A DNA stretch of 64,000 nucleotides, taken from positions 1-64,000 of IMG/VR virus record IMGVR_UViG_3300037308_000217, one strand, 5' to 3'. The stretch is from a virus. How positions within the stretch are numbered: position 1 is the stretch's first letter; each line of letters starts with the position of its first letter. A model generated the notes under the pieces. It was not told the DNA's origin. It saw only the letters and a program-made list of their open reading frames with translations, and did not search any database. The translations under genes and the position numbers were made by a program. Below, piece after piece: positions 25,050-33,724 of this stretch.

Positions 25050-26116
25050 CCATCCGCGCCGAACCACCGCTGGGCGCTGTAGTTGGGCATCTCCCGGAAC
25101 TTCCCCGGGATGACCTCCCCCGACTGGTCGCGCACAGGAAACCGGCTCACGCCGGCTTTCTCGCAGACCACCTTGTAGAGCGTCGGGTAGATCGCCCCCG
25201 TGTCCAGATCCTTGTACCCGCGCGCCCCCACCTTGATTCGGACCACCGACCCGTCCGCCATCGGGCGCTTCAGGACTTGGCCGGGCTTCAGCGACCGCAC
25301 CCACGGGCTCCTCGCCCGTTCCCGATCGAAAGGGTCCGCGGCGCTCTCTCCATTCGACGAACGCTTGGGAGCCGGTGCCTTGGCAGGCTTCGCAGCGGAC
25401 TTTGCCTTGGCCTTTTTCACAGGCGCCTTTGCCTTGGCAAGCTTGGCAGGCGCCTTTGCCCGTAAAGGGGCCTTCCCCTTCGCCTTGGCCTTCGGCTTGG
25501 ACTTCGCCGGATGCTCGATCTGGACCTCCACCTTTTCCTCCATCGGCCCGGCACTGGACTCGGGCTCGGCAGCGGGCGCCTCCACTGGCGCCACAGGATC
25601 AACAGCACCCGCAACCGCGGGGTCGCCGGTAGTTGGATCATCGTCCACAGCGGCAGCCGCGATCTCCTCCGGAGTCAGGGCCTGGACCTCACCCTGCTGC
25701 TCGACCACCAGCTTGATGGTCGGCCGCTTGCGCTCGACCTTGGGCGGGGTCGAGCCCCGCAGCGCAACCACCACGCTGTCCGGATGGATGTCGAGCGCTT
25801 CCGCGATCTCCTTGATGTCCACTTCCCGGGTCATGCCGGCCTTGACCAGCAGGTCGTTGAACACTTCGAAATAGTCCCGCCGGCAGTGCCGCTCGGCATC
25901 GCAGCCCGCGCAGCCCGCGCTGCCGCAGCCGTCCCACATCTCCCCGTAGCACTTGGGCAGCTTGCCCCCGATCGACTTCACCAGCTCCTCGATCGGTTGC
26001 AGCGGCCGCTCTGTCTCGGCCACGGCGCAGACCGCCTCCAGCTCCTCGGCGGTCGTATCGGACGTGAACGGCACCCCCAGGCGCCGCGCTCGTTGCTCCA
26101 GAGTCTCCCGGGTCAT
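25046..26116 (-). CDS. DNA-binding-type protein with a histone-H1-like K/A/P-rich repeat region
   Basis: The N-terminus LEQRARRLGVPFTSDTTAEELEAV looks SAP/Rho-N-like. The central stretch is KSKPKAKAKGKAPLRAKAPAKLAKAKAPVKKAKAKSAAKPAKAPAPK. Confidence 0.6.
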   Translation of the reverse strand: MTRETLEQRARRLGVPFTSDTTAEELEAVCAVAETERPLQPIEELVKSIGGKLPKCYGEMWDGCGSAGCAGCDAERHCRRDYFEVFNDLLVKAGMTREVDIKEIAEALDIHPDSVVVALRGSTPPKVERKRPTIKLVVEQQGEVQALTPEEIAAAAVDDDPTTGDPAVAGAVDPVAPVEAPAAEPESSAGPMEEKVEVQIEHPAKSKPKAKAKGKAPLRAKAPAKLAKAKAPVKKAKAKSAAKPAKAPAPKRSSNGESAADPFDRERARSPWVRSLKPGQVLKRPMADGSVVRIKVGARGYKDLDTGAIYPTLYKVVCEKAGVSRFPVRDQSGEVIPGKFREMPNYSAQRWFGADG

Positions 26117-26132
26117 GGCTACCTCCTACCTC

Positions 26133-26636
26133 TCATATTTCGCAGGTCGCCCGGACATCGCTGGCAAACGCGCTTTTCCGGACTCGATCACGCAATTTGT
26201 AGAGCGCTCTGGAGTCCCGGTCGTCGCAGCCGGCCAATGCCGGCAGGTCCGCCCCGTTGTCGAGCACCAGGCGCAGGCCCTCGCGCGCTTCGTACCGGCT
26301 GGCCGGGTCCCCGCTCGCTTCCGGTGGGGTCCAGCCCAGCCCCTCCCAGTCCCAGACCCGGGCCGCCAGCTGCCTCCGCAGACGCTCCCGGGTGGACCGG
26401 AACCTGGATGCCGAGAACACCGCCCGCCGGATTGCCCCCCGGACGTAGCGGATTTCATCGACCTCCCCGCCTCGGTGCTCCCGCTGGAAGCGCATCGAGG
26501 CCAGCCAGGCCACGGTCATCAACATGTTGCGGTAGTCGTCTTGGCTCCGCGCTTCCCCGTCGATCGACATCGACCGTGGCGCCAAACGACGTGCCCAGGC
26601 CCCAACCAAGTCCTCCCACTTTTTTAACGTGTCCAT
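26133..26636 (-). CDS. Hypothetical protein (possible transcription regulator; weak)
   Basis: 167-aa Arg-rich ORF immediately downstream of an operator-only palindrome copy. No firm motif was recognised. Confidence 0.5.
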   Translation of the reverse strand: MDTLKKWEDLVGAWARRLAPRSMSIDGEARSQDDYRNMLMTVAWLASMRFQREHRGGEVDEIRYVRGAIRRAVFSASRFRSTRERLRRQLAARVWDWEGLGWTPPEASGDPASRYEAREGLRLVLDNGADLPALAGCDDRDSRALYKLRDRVRKSAFASDVRATCEI

Positions 26637-26679
26637 TTGATCCCCTTGTTAGTGAAATTGTTACACTTTCGGTCCACCA

Positions 26680-26694
26680 ACGGCATATTGCCGT
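26680..26694. promoter_or_regulatory. Palindrome ACGGCATATTGCCGT with a TTGCGG -35-like box but a degenerate -10
   Basis: The spacing to the TTGCGG box is the same as in the four full promoters, but the -10 position reads TTGGTG. It lies in the 109-nt gap upstream of 26133..26636. Confidence 0.5.
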
Positions 26695-26745
26695 CTACCG
26701 CAAAAGAACTACCGTCAAGTTAGACGCACGCGAAGATGCCCACTA

Positions 26746-26997
26746 TTAAAGGGTTTTTCGGATCGCATCGATCATCTTGGCGAACTCATCCTCCAACCGG
26801 TTGATCACCGACTCGCGCCGCCGCGTGGGCAGCAAAGGCGCCAGCTCGATCAGCAGCTTGAGCGCCGCCACCGTGATGAAAGCGTTGCGGGGCACCCCCA
26901 GGAACCTGGCCACCTCGTCGATCAGGTCCCACGACCGCCTGGGGATTCGCATGTCGGTTTTCACCCGCGGCCCTATGTCTAGCCCTCGCCCTGGCAT
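26746..26997 (-). CDS. Ribbon-helix-helix (CopG/Arc-type) DNA-binding protein
   Basis: MRIPRRSWDLIDEVARFLGVPRNAFITVAALKLLIE shows the beta-strand, helix, helix pattern. Confidence 0.6.
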   Translation of the reverse strand: MPGRGLDIGPRVKTDMRIPRRSWDLIDEVARFLGVPRNAFITVAALKLLIELAPLLPTRRRESVINRLEDEFAKMIDAIRKTL

Positions 26998-27006
26998 CCG
27001 ATCCTC

Positions 27007-28023
27007 CTACACCGCAGCCAGCCGGCCCGGGCTCTCACCCGCCGGCATCGGTGCGGCCGCTCTGAGTTGAGCCAGGTACTCGCGGGGCAGCGCGCCCGGG
27101 TCATAGCCTGGCGGGACGGTCACGATCCGCGCATCGAAGAACTGGGACAGGAACGGCAGCGTGGCCTGCATCTCGGCCGCCGCGTCCGAATCCCACATCA
27201 AGTCGAGCGAGCGCACCCCCGCCTGCATGAGCTTCGCGACCTGGAGCGGGGTGATGCGCTTGCCGAACGTGCAGACCGCGCTGGCCCCGACGTGGATGGC
27301 ATCGATCGGCCCCTCGGTCACGGCCACGCGGTCGAAAAAGCGGGCTCGGTCGAGGTTGAACAGCACCTGGTCGCTGGTCGCCGTCCCGGGCTCCCGCGGG
27401 GGATTGAGCGACTTCCGGAAGCCCGGGTCATTCGGCGCGTCCCACATCGCTCGCCCCTGGTAGTAGACCAAGATGCCGTTCTCAAAAACGGGGAACATCA
27501 AGCGGCCTCGATAGCGCCCCCGGTCGCACCAAAAAAGGCCGAAATCCCGCACGTCGTCGAACCCTATCCCACGGTTTACCAGATACGGCATATTGCCGTC
27601 AACAAATTTTTGGACCCCTTCCGGATAGGGAATGGCGACGGGCACTTGTGGATTGCCAATCGCATCGGCCATGAGGTCAGAACACGCAATTTTTTGCAAG
27701 TCCGCCGCGGACCACCAGGACCCCGCGACCAAATGGCTCAGCACTTGGTCGAGCGTCCAGTGCTCCAGCAGCACCAGGAGCGTGGCCAGGTTGCCCGCCC
27801 CGTCGGTGGTCAGGCGCTTTCCGAACTTGTCCGGCGGGGTCTGCCGCAGGCAGTGCCAGCAGTGCCACGCCCTCTTCTCGACGTTGACCACCAGCTTCTG
27901 CTTGCCGCACCGCGGGCAAAGCAGCTCCCACTCGTCACGGGTCGTACGCCGGCCCCCGCGCTCGATCAGGTAGCCCTGGAGGTCGAACCGCTGGAGCAGC
28001 GTTTGGAGCAGGCCGTGGTCCAT
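27007..28023 (-). CDS. dnaG: DnaG-like primase (zinc finger plus TOPRIM)
   Basis: CPRCGKQK...HCWHC zinc finger, TOPRIM VAVTEGPIDAIHV, and DLMWDSDAAA. Confidence 0.85.
   Translation of the reverse strand: MDHGLLQTLLQRFDLQGYLIERGGRRTTRDEWELLCPRCGKQKLVVNVEKRAWHCWHCLRQTPPDKFGKRLTTDGAGNLATLLVLLEHWTLDQVLSHLVAGSWWSAADLQKIACSDLMADAIGNPQVPVAIPYPEGVQKFVDGNMPYLVNRGIGFDDVRDFGLFWCDRGRYRGRLMFPVFENGILVYYQGRAMWDAPNDPGFRKSLNPPREPGTATSDQVLFNLDRARFFDRVAVTEGPIDAIHVGASAVCTFGKRITPLQVAKLMQAGVRSLDLMWDSDAAAEMQATLPFLSQFFDARIVTVPPGYDPGALPREYLAQLRAAAPMPAGESPGRLAAV
27585..27599. promoter_or_regulatory. Palindrome ACGGCATATTGCCGT inside the primase CDS (operator-only copy)
   Basis: The 15-bp palindrome is an exact match to the copy at 26680. 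No -10/-35 boxes are present at the usual spacing. Confidence 0.35.
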
Positions 28024-28026
28024 GGG

Positions 28027-29430
28027 TCACCCGACGTGCGCCTGCTGTGGCTTCCCCAGGAACGGAATCCCCGCCCCGCTGTTCCCCATTGATGGGCTGA
28101 CCAGGCCGTCCTCGTGCCACACCAGCATCCTGCTGGGGTCGTACCGGACCGCCATGAGCTTGTTGGCGGCGTTGTCACGGTACAGCTCGGCGTAGAGCCG
28201 GGCGATCTTCGCCTGCGTTTCGGACACCGTGCTGTTGATCGAGCCCACGAAGTCGAAAACCCGGACCTTTTCGATGCAGTCCGAAATCTGCCGGGCGTGG
28301 ATGACGTGGGGCTTGTACTCATCGCCATCGCCCGGGCGCTGGGCCTGGCTCGCACTCCACAGCCCGTAGCCCCGGTTGGCCAGCAGCTTGAGGTCCCGGA
28401 AACCCTGCTTTTGGTGTTCGTACTCGTTCTTGGCCCCGCCCCGGGCGCGCAGCAGGTCCCCGTAGTCCACGATGATCAGGTCGGGGACCCAGCCGTCGTG
28501 GTCACGCAGGTCTTTCAGCTCGGACTCGATCTCCCGGGCCGTCACGTCCCACTTGTCGGTGAACGCCCGGACCACGACCAGGTCGCGCATCCCCTGGTAG
28601 CGAGCCTGCATCCGGTTGAAGTCAGATTCCGGAACGCGGCCCATCTTGATGTCGTTGTAGAGCACCCCGGCGAAGCTGGAATCGTACCGGGAGCACATCT
28701 GGCGCAGAGAGCCCTCCAGGCCGATGTGCAGCACCTTGCGGCAGCTCAGGGCCGCGGACACCCCCAGGTTGAGCAGGAGCGTGCTCTTGCCGCCCTTGTA
28801 GTAGGCGACCCAGACCCCGGCCTCCCCGCGCCGCAGCCCGCCCCCCAGGATGTCGTTGAGCCAGGGAAACGGGCTCGGGATGACATCCGAGAATGGGTCC
28901 GCCGACTGGATCTCAGCCATGCGGGACGCGAAATCCTTGGCCAGCCAGCTCCGGTCCACCGACCCGAACTTGATGTTGAACACCGCCTCCAGCTTGTCGA
29001 ACATGAAGCGGTAGGCTTCCTCGACCCGGCCCGCATTGAACAGCTCCCGGGTGTCGGTGAACGCCGAGACGAACACGTTGCGCCGGATGAAATCCAGCAC
29101 GCTGTCCCGCAGCCAGCCCTCGTCATGCAGCGAGGCAGCAGCCACCTGGTCGAGCATGGCCAGGTAGAGCTGCTGCATCTTGGGGTCCACCGACCGCCGC
29201 GCCTCGTTTTGCAGCAGGCGCAAGGTCGGCGTGAAGCCGTACTGTTGGGAGTAGCGCTGAGCCACACCCCAGGCCCAGACCAGGATGCCATTCTCGAAAT
29301 GCTCGGGCCGCAGATAGCCACCGACCTGGCGCGCAAACGCCTTGTCCTCGCACAGCAAGCGCAGCAGCGCTTTCTGATACTCGGTGTCGAACGGAAATCG
29401 TGGCGCGCTAACGGGCTGCCGGCCCCCCAT
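28027..29430 (-). CDS. dnaB: DnaB-like replicative helicase
   Basis: Walker A VAYYKGGKSTLLLN, Walker B LIIVDYGDLL, and a RecA-like C-terminal domain. 467 aa. Confidence 0.85.
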   Translation of the reverse strand: MGGRQPVSAPRFPFDTEYQKALLRLLCEDKAFARQVGGYLRPEHFENGILVWAWGVAQRYSQQYGFTPTLRLLQNEARRSVDPKMQQLYLAMLDQVAAASLHDEGWLRDSVLDFIRRNVFVSAFTDTRELFNAGRVEEAYRFMFDKLEAVFNIKFGSVDRSWLAKDFASRMAEIQSADPFSDVIPSPFPWLNDILGGGLRRGEAGVWVAYYKGGKSTLLLNLGVSAALSCRKVLHIGLEGSLRQMCSRYDSSFAGVLYNDIKMGRVPESDFNRMQARYQGMRDLVVVRAFTDKWDVTAREIESELKDLRDHDGWVPDLIIVDYGDLLRARGGAKNEYEHQKQGFRDLKLLANRGYGLWSASQAQRPGDGDEYKPHVIHARQISDCIEKVRVFDFVGSINSTVSETQAKIARLYAELYRDNAANKLMAVRYDPSRMLVWHEDGLVSPSMGNSGAGIPFLGKPQQAHVG

Positions 29431-30037
29431 GCTGATCCCCTGTCATGGCCAGTTGCTGCACCACCTGTTCCCACGTTACCCGCCCCTCGCGCAGCGCTAC
29501 GATGTCGAAGTTGGCGCACTTCCGGAGCCTCTCCCGGCACTCCCCAGCCACCGGGCACTTCTGGCAGACCAGACTTTTCGGATGCCAGCCGTAGGTGAAG
29601 CTCAGCGCCACCATGCACTCCGCGGCCGCCCCCTGCTCCGCGAAATTCTGCTTCTGGATCTCAGCCCCGGGCACCACGTCCCGGTTGGGATTCACCTCAC
29701 TGATGGCCGGCTGGGGTGGTGCTGCCCGGACCAGCTGCTCGTGCATGGGAAGCGACCCCTTGGCATCGTAGACCTTCCGGGATGCCGGCCCACCGCACAG
29801 CTGGTTCCACCTGGGGGCGAACAGGAACCGACGGGAGTAGAACAGGGCCGCCAGCCACCGCCGCGAGTCCAGGCCCTCCTGCTCGCACCACGTCTCCATG
29901 GCGTCGAGCGCCTTTTCCCGGTCCGGGGTCATCTTGGGCGACCGGACCGCGTGCTCCTGGCGCATCCGCTTGACGTTGTGCGTCTCGGCCCAGTAGGCCA
30001 GGTAGTCCCCGAACAGAACTGCCGCCCCATACTTCAC
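29408..30037 (-). CDS. Hypothetical protein
   Basis: ORF 29408..30160 trimmed to the GTG at 30037, which overlaps the TGA of the mini-ORF (GTGA). The C-terminus contains CQKCPVAGEC. Confidence 0.55.
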   Translation of the reverse strand: MKYGAAVLFGDYLAYWAETHNVKRMRQEHAVRSPKMTPDREKALDAMETWCEQEGLDSRRWLAALFYSRRFLFAPRWNQLCGGPASRKVYDAKGSLPMHEQLVRAAPPQPAISEVNPNRDVVPGAEIQKQNFAEQGAAAECMVALSFTYGWHPKSLVCQKCPVAGECRERLRKCANFDIVALREGRVTWEQVVQQLAMTGDQHGGPAAR

Positions 30038-30126
30038 TGCCCACTCCGCTTCTTGATCACGACGTAGAGCACCCAGGCCGCCACGATGACAGCCCCCACG
30101 ATGATGATCGGGTCCTGCCAGCTCAT
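30034..30126 (-). CDS. 30-aa single-pass membrane peptide (too short for the ORF track)
   Basis: MSWQDPIIIVGAVIVAAWVLYVVIKKRSGQ. The ATG overlaps the upstream TGA (ATGA) and the stop overlaps the next GTG. Confidence 0.5.
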   Translation of the reverse strand: MSWQDPIIIVGAVIVAAWVLYVVIKKRSGQ

Positions 30127-30491
30127 TGCGGTGGCCTTTCCAGCGACCATTTGGGGTCACGATTGCTGGCTAAGCCGATCAGGTAGCGGATGCACCGGTC
30201 CAGCTCCTCGATCTCCAGCTGGTCGGACTTCATCACCGGCACCTCGACCTTGCCCAGCACGTCGGTTTCCTCGACCCGCACCCGGCCGCTCGGCTGGCAC
30301 CGCCGGTGGTCCCGGTAGCAGTTGATGATCTCGATCAGGGCCTCGACCCCGGCCGGCCAGGGCAGGGCCTCGACCAGGTCCAGCGCATCGAACACCAGCC
30401 AGCGCCGGCCGCTGGCCTCCAACCATTCGCGCAGGTGGCTGGGGTCCTTCATGGCCGTCCGGACCGCCTCAGCGGTCAACGTGTCGATCAT
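30123..30491 (-). CDS. Hypothetical protein
   Basis: The ATG at 30491 follows AGGAGCGCACCG. Confidence 0.6.
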   Translation of the reverse strand: MIDTLTAEAVRTAMKDPSHLREWLEASGRRWLVFDALDLVEALPWPAGVEALIEIINCYRDHRRCQPSGRVRVEETDVLGKVEVPVMKSDQLEIEELDRCIRYLIGLASNRDPKWSLERPPQ

Positions 30492-30774
30492 CGGTGCGCT
30501 CCTGTTGCCCCAGTCGGATTCCCGGCAACCCCAGCTTCTTCTGGATCGCCAGGCTAGCTACTCGGGCTATCCGGTCGTCAATCATCTTCTTCGGATCATC
30601 GGCTGTGATGTCCCGCAAAATGGCCTCAGCCGTAGCCAAACGAACCTGATCCCGGAAATTCTCCCCCAAGACTTTCCGGAGTCGCCTTTGGGCAAACCAT
30701 AGCGTCACCCCAAAGCCGATCAGGGTCGAGAGCATCGTCCCCAGAATGTGCTGCCACAGAGGAATCTCGATCAT
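30469..30774 (-). CDS. Small membrane protein
   Basis: The ATG at 30774 follows TGGAGTTACT. The product has the TM segment ILGTMLSTLIGFGVTLWF. Confidence 0.55.
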   Translation of the reverse strand: MIEIPLWQHILGTMLSTLIGFGVTLWFAQRRLRKVLGENFRDQVRLATAEAILRDITADDPKKMIDDRIARVASLAIQKKLGLPGIRLGQQERTDDRHVDR

Positions 30775-30783
30775 AGTAACTCC

Positions 30784-30825
30784 AAAAAAGACCACCGGGC
30801 CGGGGGGATCACCGACCCGGTGGCC
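30784..30825 (-). terminator. Rho-independent terminator
   Basis: Minus strand: a 14-bp stem GGCCACCGGGTCGG / CCGGCCCGGTGGTC (two G-U pairs), an 8-nt loop, then TTTTTT. Confidence 0.75.
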
Positions 30826-30863
30826 GACCCTACCCGCCACTGGGGGGACAGATCAGAGCAGGG

Positions 30864-31193
30864 TCACGACTGGGGCATCGGCGGGGGCATCCCGCCGGGG
30901 GGCACGATCTCAACCATCCGCTCACCCGGGGGGATCGGGCGCTGGGTGACCTCGACGCGGATGTGGACCCCATCCTGCTCGTCGGTGACGTAGAGCTGGC
31001 TGTTGTCCTTGTCGTAGGCTTCCAGGGTCTGGAAATCGACCACGACTTCGTTGTTGGTGCCGTACTTCCGGACCATGGCGATCAGGAGCTGCACCATCGG
31101 GGCCATCTGGGTCCGCAGGTCGATCATCTCGTCCTCCAGCTGGTGGACTCGACCGACCGCGACTAGGAACTTCTGGTTCTGTCTGGCGTCCAT
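30864..31193 (-). CDS. Hypothetical protein
   Basis: The ATG at 31193 follows AGGAGGAAAC. The C-terminus is proline-rich. Confidence 0.6.
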   Translation of the reverse strand: MDARQNQKFLVAVGRVHQLEDEMIDLRTQMAPMVQLLIAMVRKYGTNNEVVVDFQTLEAYDKDNSQLYVTDEQDGVHIRVEVTQRPIPPGERMVEIVPPGGMPPPMPQS

Positions 31194-31234
31194 GTTTCCT
31201 CCTACCCTTTCATATTCCCCAACCCGGTCCGGTG

Positions 31235-32782
31235 TCACCAAGCGAGTGAAGAAATCCGCCGGTACAGGTCCACTTCGGACTCGGCCACGTCCACCTGGAA
31301 CGTCGGCTCCTCATAGAACAGGCGCAGCCGGTCCTGCGAATGCTCCATCAACTTCCGGTGGTGCCGGTCGGCGAAGTCCACCAGGAGCGCCCGCTTTTTC
31401 CCGGGGGTCGCGGTGCACACGCGGTAGCTGAACTGCCGCAGCGTCACCGCAGCGTGCTCGCCCCGGGCGTAGACCAGCGCGTCGGCCTCGGGGATGTCGA
31501 TTCCTTCCCCGATCAGGCTGGTGCCGATCAGGATGCCGACCTCCTGGCCCTCCTGGAAGGATGCCAGCACCGCCTGGATGATCGGCCGCGGCCGCTGGGC
31601 GTGGATGAACTCGACCCTGTTGAACTGGGCACCGCGGCGCTTCTGCAAGGTCAGGTCGTCGCTGAGCGCTCGGGCAACCTGGCGCCCCTGCTCCCGGGTG
31701 CCCACCAGCACCAGCACCCGCCGGCCCTGCTCATGCAGGTAGCGGGCGATGCGCGCGACCAGGAAATTCCGGTCCTGGTTTTCGTGGATGCCCGCGCGCC
31801 CGTGGCCCTGCGTGAAGCCCATCCCCGACACCCCGCGCAGGTGCTTGGTGTCCACCGGGCAGAACAGCACGTTGGTCGGCACCAGGTAGCCGCGGTCCAG
31901 CATCTCCCGGGCCGTCACCCTGAAAATGGTATGGGACAGGAGCGCGTGCATCGCCATTGCGTCGGTCCCGCTCCGGAAAAACGTCCCCGTCATCCCGTAG
32001 CGGTAATAGATGTGCCGGCAGAACGCGAAAATCTGCTTGTAGGACGCCGAGGCCGCATGGTGGAACTCGTCCACCAGGATGACCTGGCGGGTTTCGTAGA
32101 ACTCGGCCGGCAGCATAGCCGCAGTAGCCGCGGTGCAAAGTACCACTGGCGATTTCCGGGATGGTTCCCAGTTAGAACCGATCAGATGGAAGGCGTAGTT
32201 TGCCCCCAGGAAACTCTCAAACACCGACAACGTCTGCGTCACGATGCCATCGGTGGGGGCGATGTAGACGGTCGGCAACCCCAACTTCCGGACCAGCTCG
32301 ACCGCAATCCTGGTTTTTCCGGACCTGGGCGGCATGTCCAGAACCCCCTGGCCGGAGTCGATGGCTTCCCGGACAGCCTCCTCCTGGTAGTTGCGCAGGG
32401 GAATGGTGGCGGGCTCAGGCAGGCCGTCCTCCGGGCGGACCCGTTGGTCCCGGACCTGGTAGGGGATGCTCCAGCTGGTGAGCAGGTTGGAAACCTGGGC
32501 CAGGAGCCCTGTGGGAAACCAGGGGAGAATGGTCTTGGGGATGTGGAGAAGCCTTACCCAGCCATCCCAGGTGATGTCCTCGCCCAGGTAGGTGTGCCCC
32601 TGCTCTTTTGCCTGGGCAATCTGGGTGGGGAAACGAAGGCAGCGATCGAGAGCCTGGAGGATGTTGGGGTCTGCTCCGGATACCTGGGTGCGATCGTTCT
32701 CGACCCAGAGCATGACCTGCGAAAGCGGTGGAGGGGTGGAAGTTTCAATTTTCATCTTTAGAGTATCTACTTCCATATACAT
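31235..32782 (-). CDS. Superfamily-2 DNA helicase (ResIII / UvsW-like)
   Basis: Motif I is MPPRSGKTRIAV and motif II is ILVDEFHHA. A helicase C-terminal domain contains LIGTSLIGEGIDIPE. Confidence 0.8.
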   Translation of the reverse strand: MYMEVDTLKMKIETSTPPPLSQVMLWVENDRTQVSGADPNILQALDRCLRFPTQIAQAKEQGHTYLGEDITWDGWVRLLHIPKTILPWFPTGLLAQVSNLLTSWSIPYQVRDQRVRPEDGLPEPATIPLRNYQEEAVREAIDSGQGVLDMPPRSGKTRIAVELVRKLGLPTVYIAPTDGIVTQTLSVFESFLGANYAFHLIGSNWEPSRKSPVVLCTAATAAMLPAEFYETRQVILVDEFHHAASASYKQIFAFCRHIYYRYGMTGTFFRSGTDAMAMHALLSHTIFRVTAREMLDRGYLVPTNVLFCPVDTKHLRGVSGMGFTQGHGRAGIHENQDRNFLVARIARYLHEQGRRVLVLVGTREQGRQVARALSDDLTLQKRRGAQFNRVEFIHAQRPRPIIQAVLASFQEGQEVGILIGTSLIGEGIDIPEADALVYARGEHAAVTLRQFSYRVCTATPGKKRALLVDFADRHHRKLMEHSQDRLRLFYEEPTFQVDVAESEVDLYRRISSLAW

Positions 32783-32961
32783 CTGATCCTCTACCCGAGG
32801 TCAATCATACCCCCATCCCCCTTGCCGCTCAGGGGAAGCGGGTCATTGGGGGATGAAATTGTGGGGGAGGAGCTACCGCCGGGCGGGCGATAGCCCTATT
32901 GATTATATTGCGTGAAGGCCCCCTGGCATCGCCCACTTCCCGAAAAAATCTTGATTGCGGT

Positions 32962-33459
32962 CTACTTCTGAGAGGTTGCGCCCAGCAAGTCCACGGCCAG
33001 CCAGCCGACCCCCACCACCGCTGCAACCGTGATCGTGGCGGTCGCGGCAGCCACGAACCACGGCTCCCGCCAGAACGGCCGGTCCAGCGAGTCGTCGATC
33101 TTGCTCCGGAGTATCCGGAGTTGCTCCGCGTGCATGTCCTGGTCGATCTTCCGGAACGCCTTTTCCTTCGCCAGCTCGATCTCAGCCAGCTGCGTCGCTC
33201 GGGACAGCTCGATCACCAGCCGCTTGTCGCAGAACTCGGCTTTCTGGCCCAGCTTGATGGCCAGCTCGGTCGTGAGCACCTGGCCGTCGAACGGGGCCAG
33301 CTCGCCTTTCCGGATGGGCGTTGCGCACAGCTTGGGGTCGTCCGGGTCACACTCCGGAACCGGGTCCGCTCGGGCGCTGGCTGCCAGCGCGCACAAGATA
33401 GCGAGCGAGAGCACCAGGGTCCTTCCGGAGTTGCTCAGCCTCTTGCTTCTGCTTTGCAT
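32962..33459 (-). CDS. Envelope protein with an N-terminal signal peptide and a C-terminal TM helix (spanin-like candidate)
   Basis: The ATG at 33459 follows GGAGGCGTTGG. The N-terminus is MQSRSKRLSNSGRTLVLSLAILCALAASARADP and the C-terminus is WFVAAATATITVAAVVGVGWLAV. The gene starts 113 nt inside the preceding gene, in another frame. Confidence 0.5.
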   Translation of the reverse strand: MQSRSKRLSNSGRTLVLSLAILCALAASARADPVPECDPDDPKLCATPIRKGELAPFDGQVLTTELAIKLGQKAEFCDKRLVIELSRATQLAEIELAKEKAFRKIDQDMHAEQLRILRSKIDDSLDRPFWREPWFVAAATATITVAAVVGVGWLAVDLLGATSQK

Positions 33460-33724
33460 CCAACGCCTCCAGCGCCTCTCGGTGCTCGGCCTCGACCTTG
33501 GCTGCCGCCCGCTCAGCACCCAGCTCGGCCTTCCACCGGAGCGCTTCAGCGGCCGCGCTGCTGGCTTCCAGCTCGGCCTTGGTCTGGTCCAGGAACGCGC
33601 CCCGGTCCCGGACCCGTTTCGAGAACACGGCGCCGATGATGACGCCCGCGATGAAGAGGGGGATGTACCAGTGGGCCTTGAGCCACGCCCACGCCAGCTG
33701 AAACCTACCCGGCGACGGGGGCAT
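33347..33724 (-). CDS. Membrane-anchored coiled-coil protein (i-spanin-like candidate)
   Basis: N-terminal TM HWYIPLFIAGVIIGAVF followed by a charged helical region. The RBS is GAGGTGGCCG. Confidence 0.45.
   Translation of the reverse strand: MPPSPGRFQLAWAWLKAHWYIPLFIAGVIIGAVFSKRVRDRGAFLDQTKAELEASSAAAEALRWKAELGAERAAAKVEAEHREALEALDAKQKQEAEQLRKDPGALARYLVRAGSQRPSGPGSGV

Noticed and set aside
964-30491. Four gene pairs overlap by exactly 23 nt (964/986, 2395/2417, 29408/29430, 30469/30491).
   Set aside because: The four junction sequences share no motif. One case shrinks to 17 nt with the better-supported start. This is probably coincidence.
32902-32907. A perfect TATAAT on the minus strand in the 180-nt gap upstream of the helicase gene, as a possible promoter for the replication module.
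   Set aside because: There is no acceptable -35 box (GATGCC at 17 nt) and no TG extension, and it does not resemble the conserved promoter family. One hexamer is too weak to support a call.
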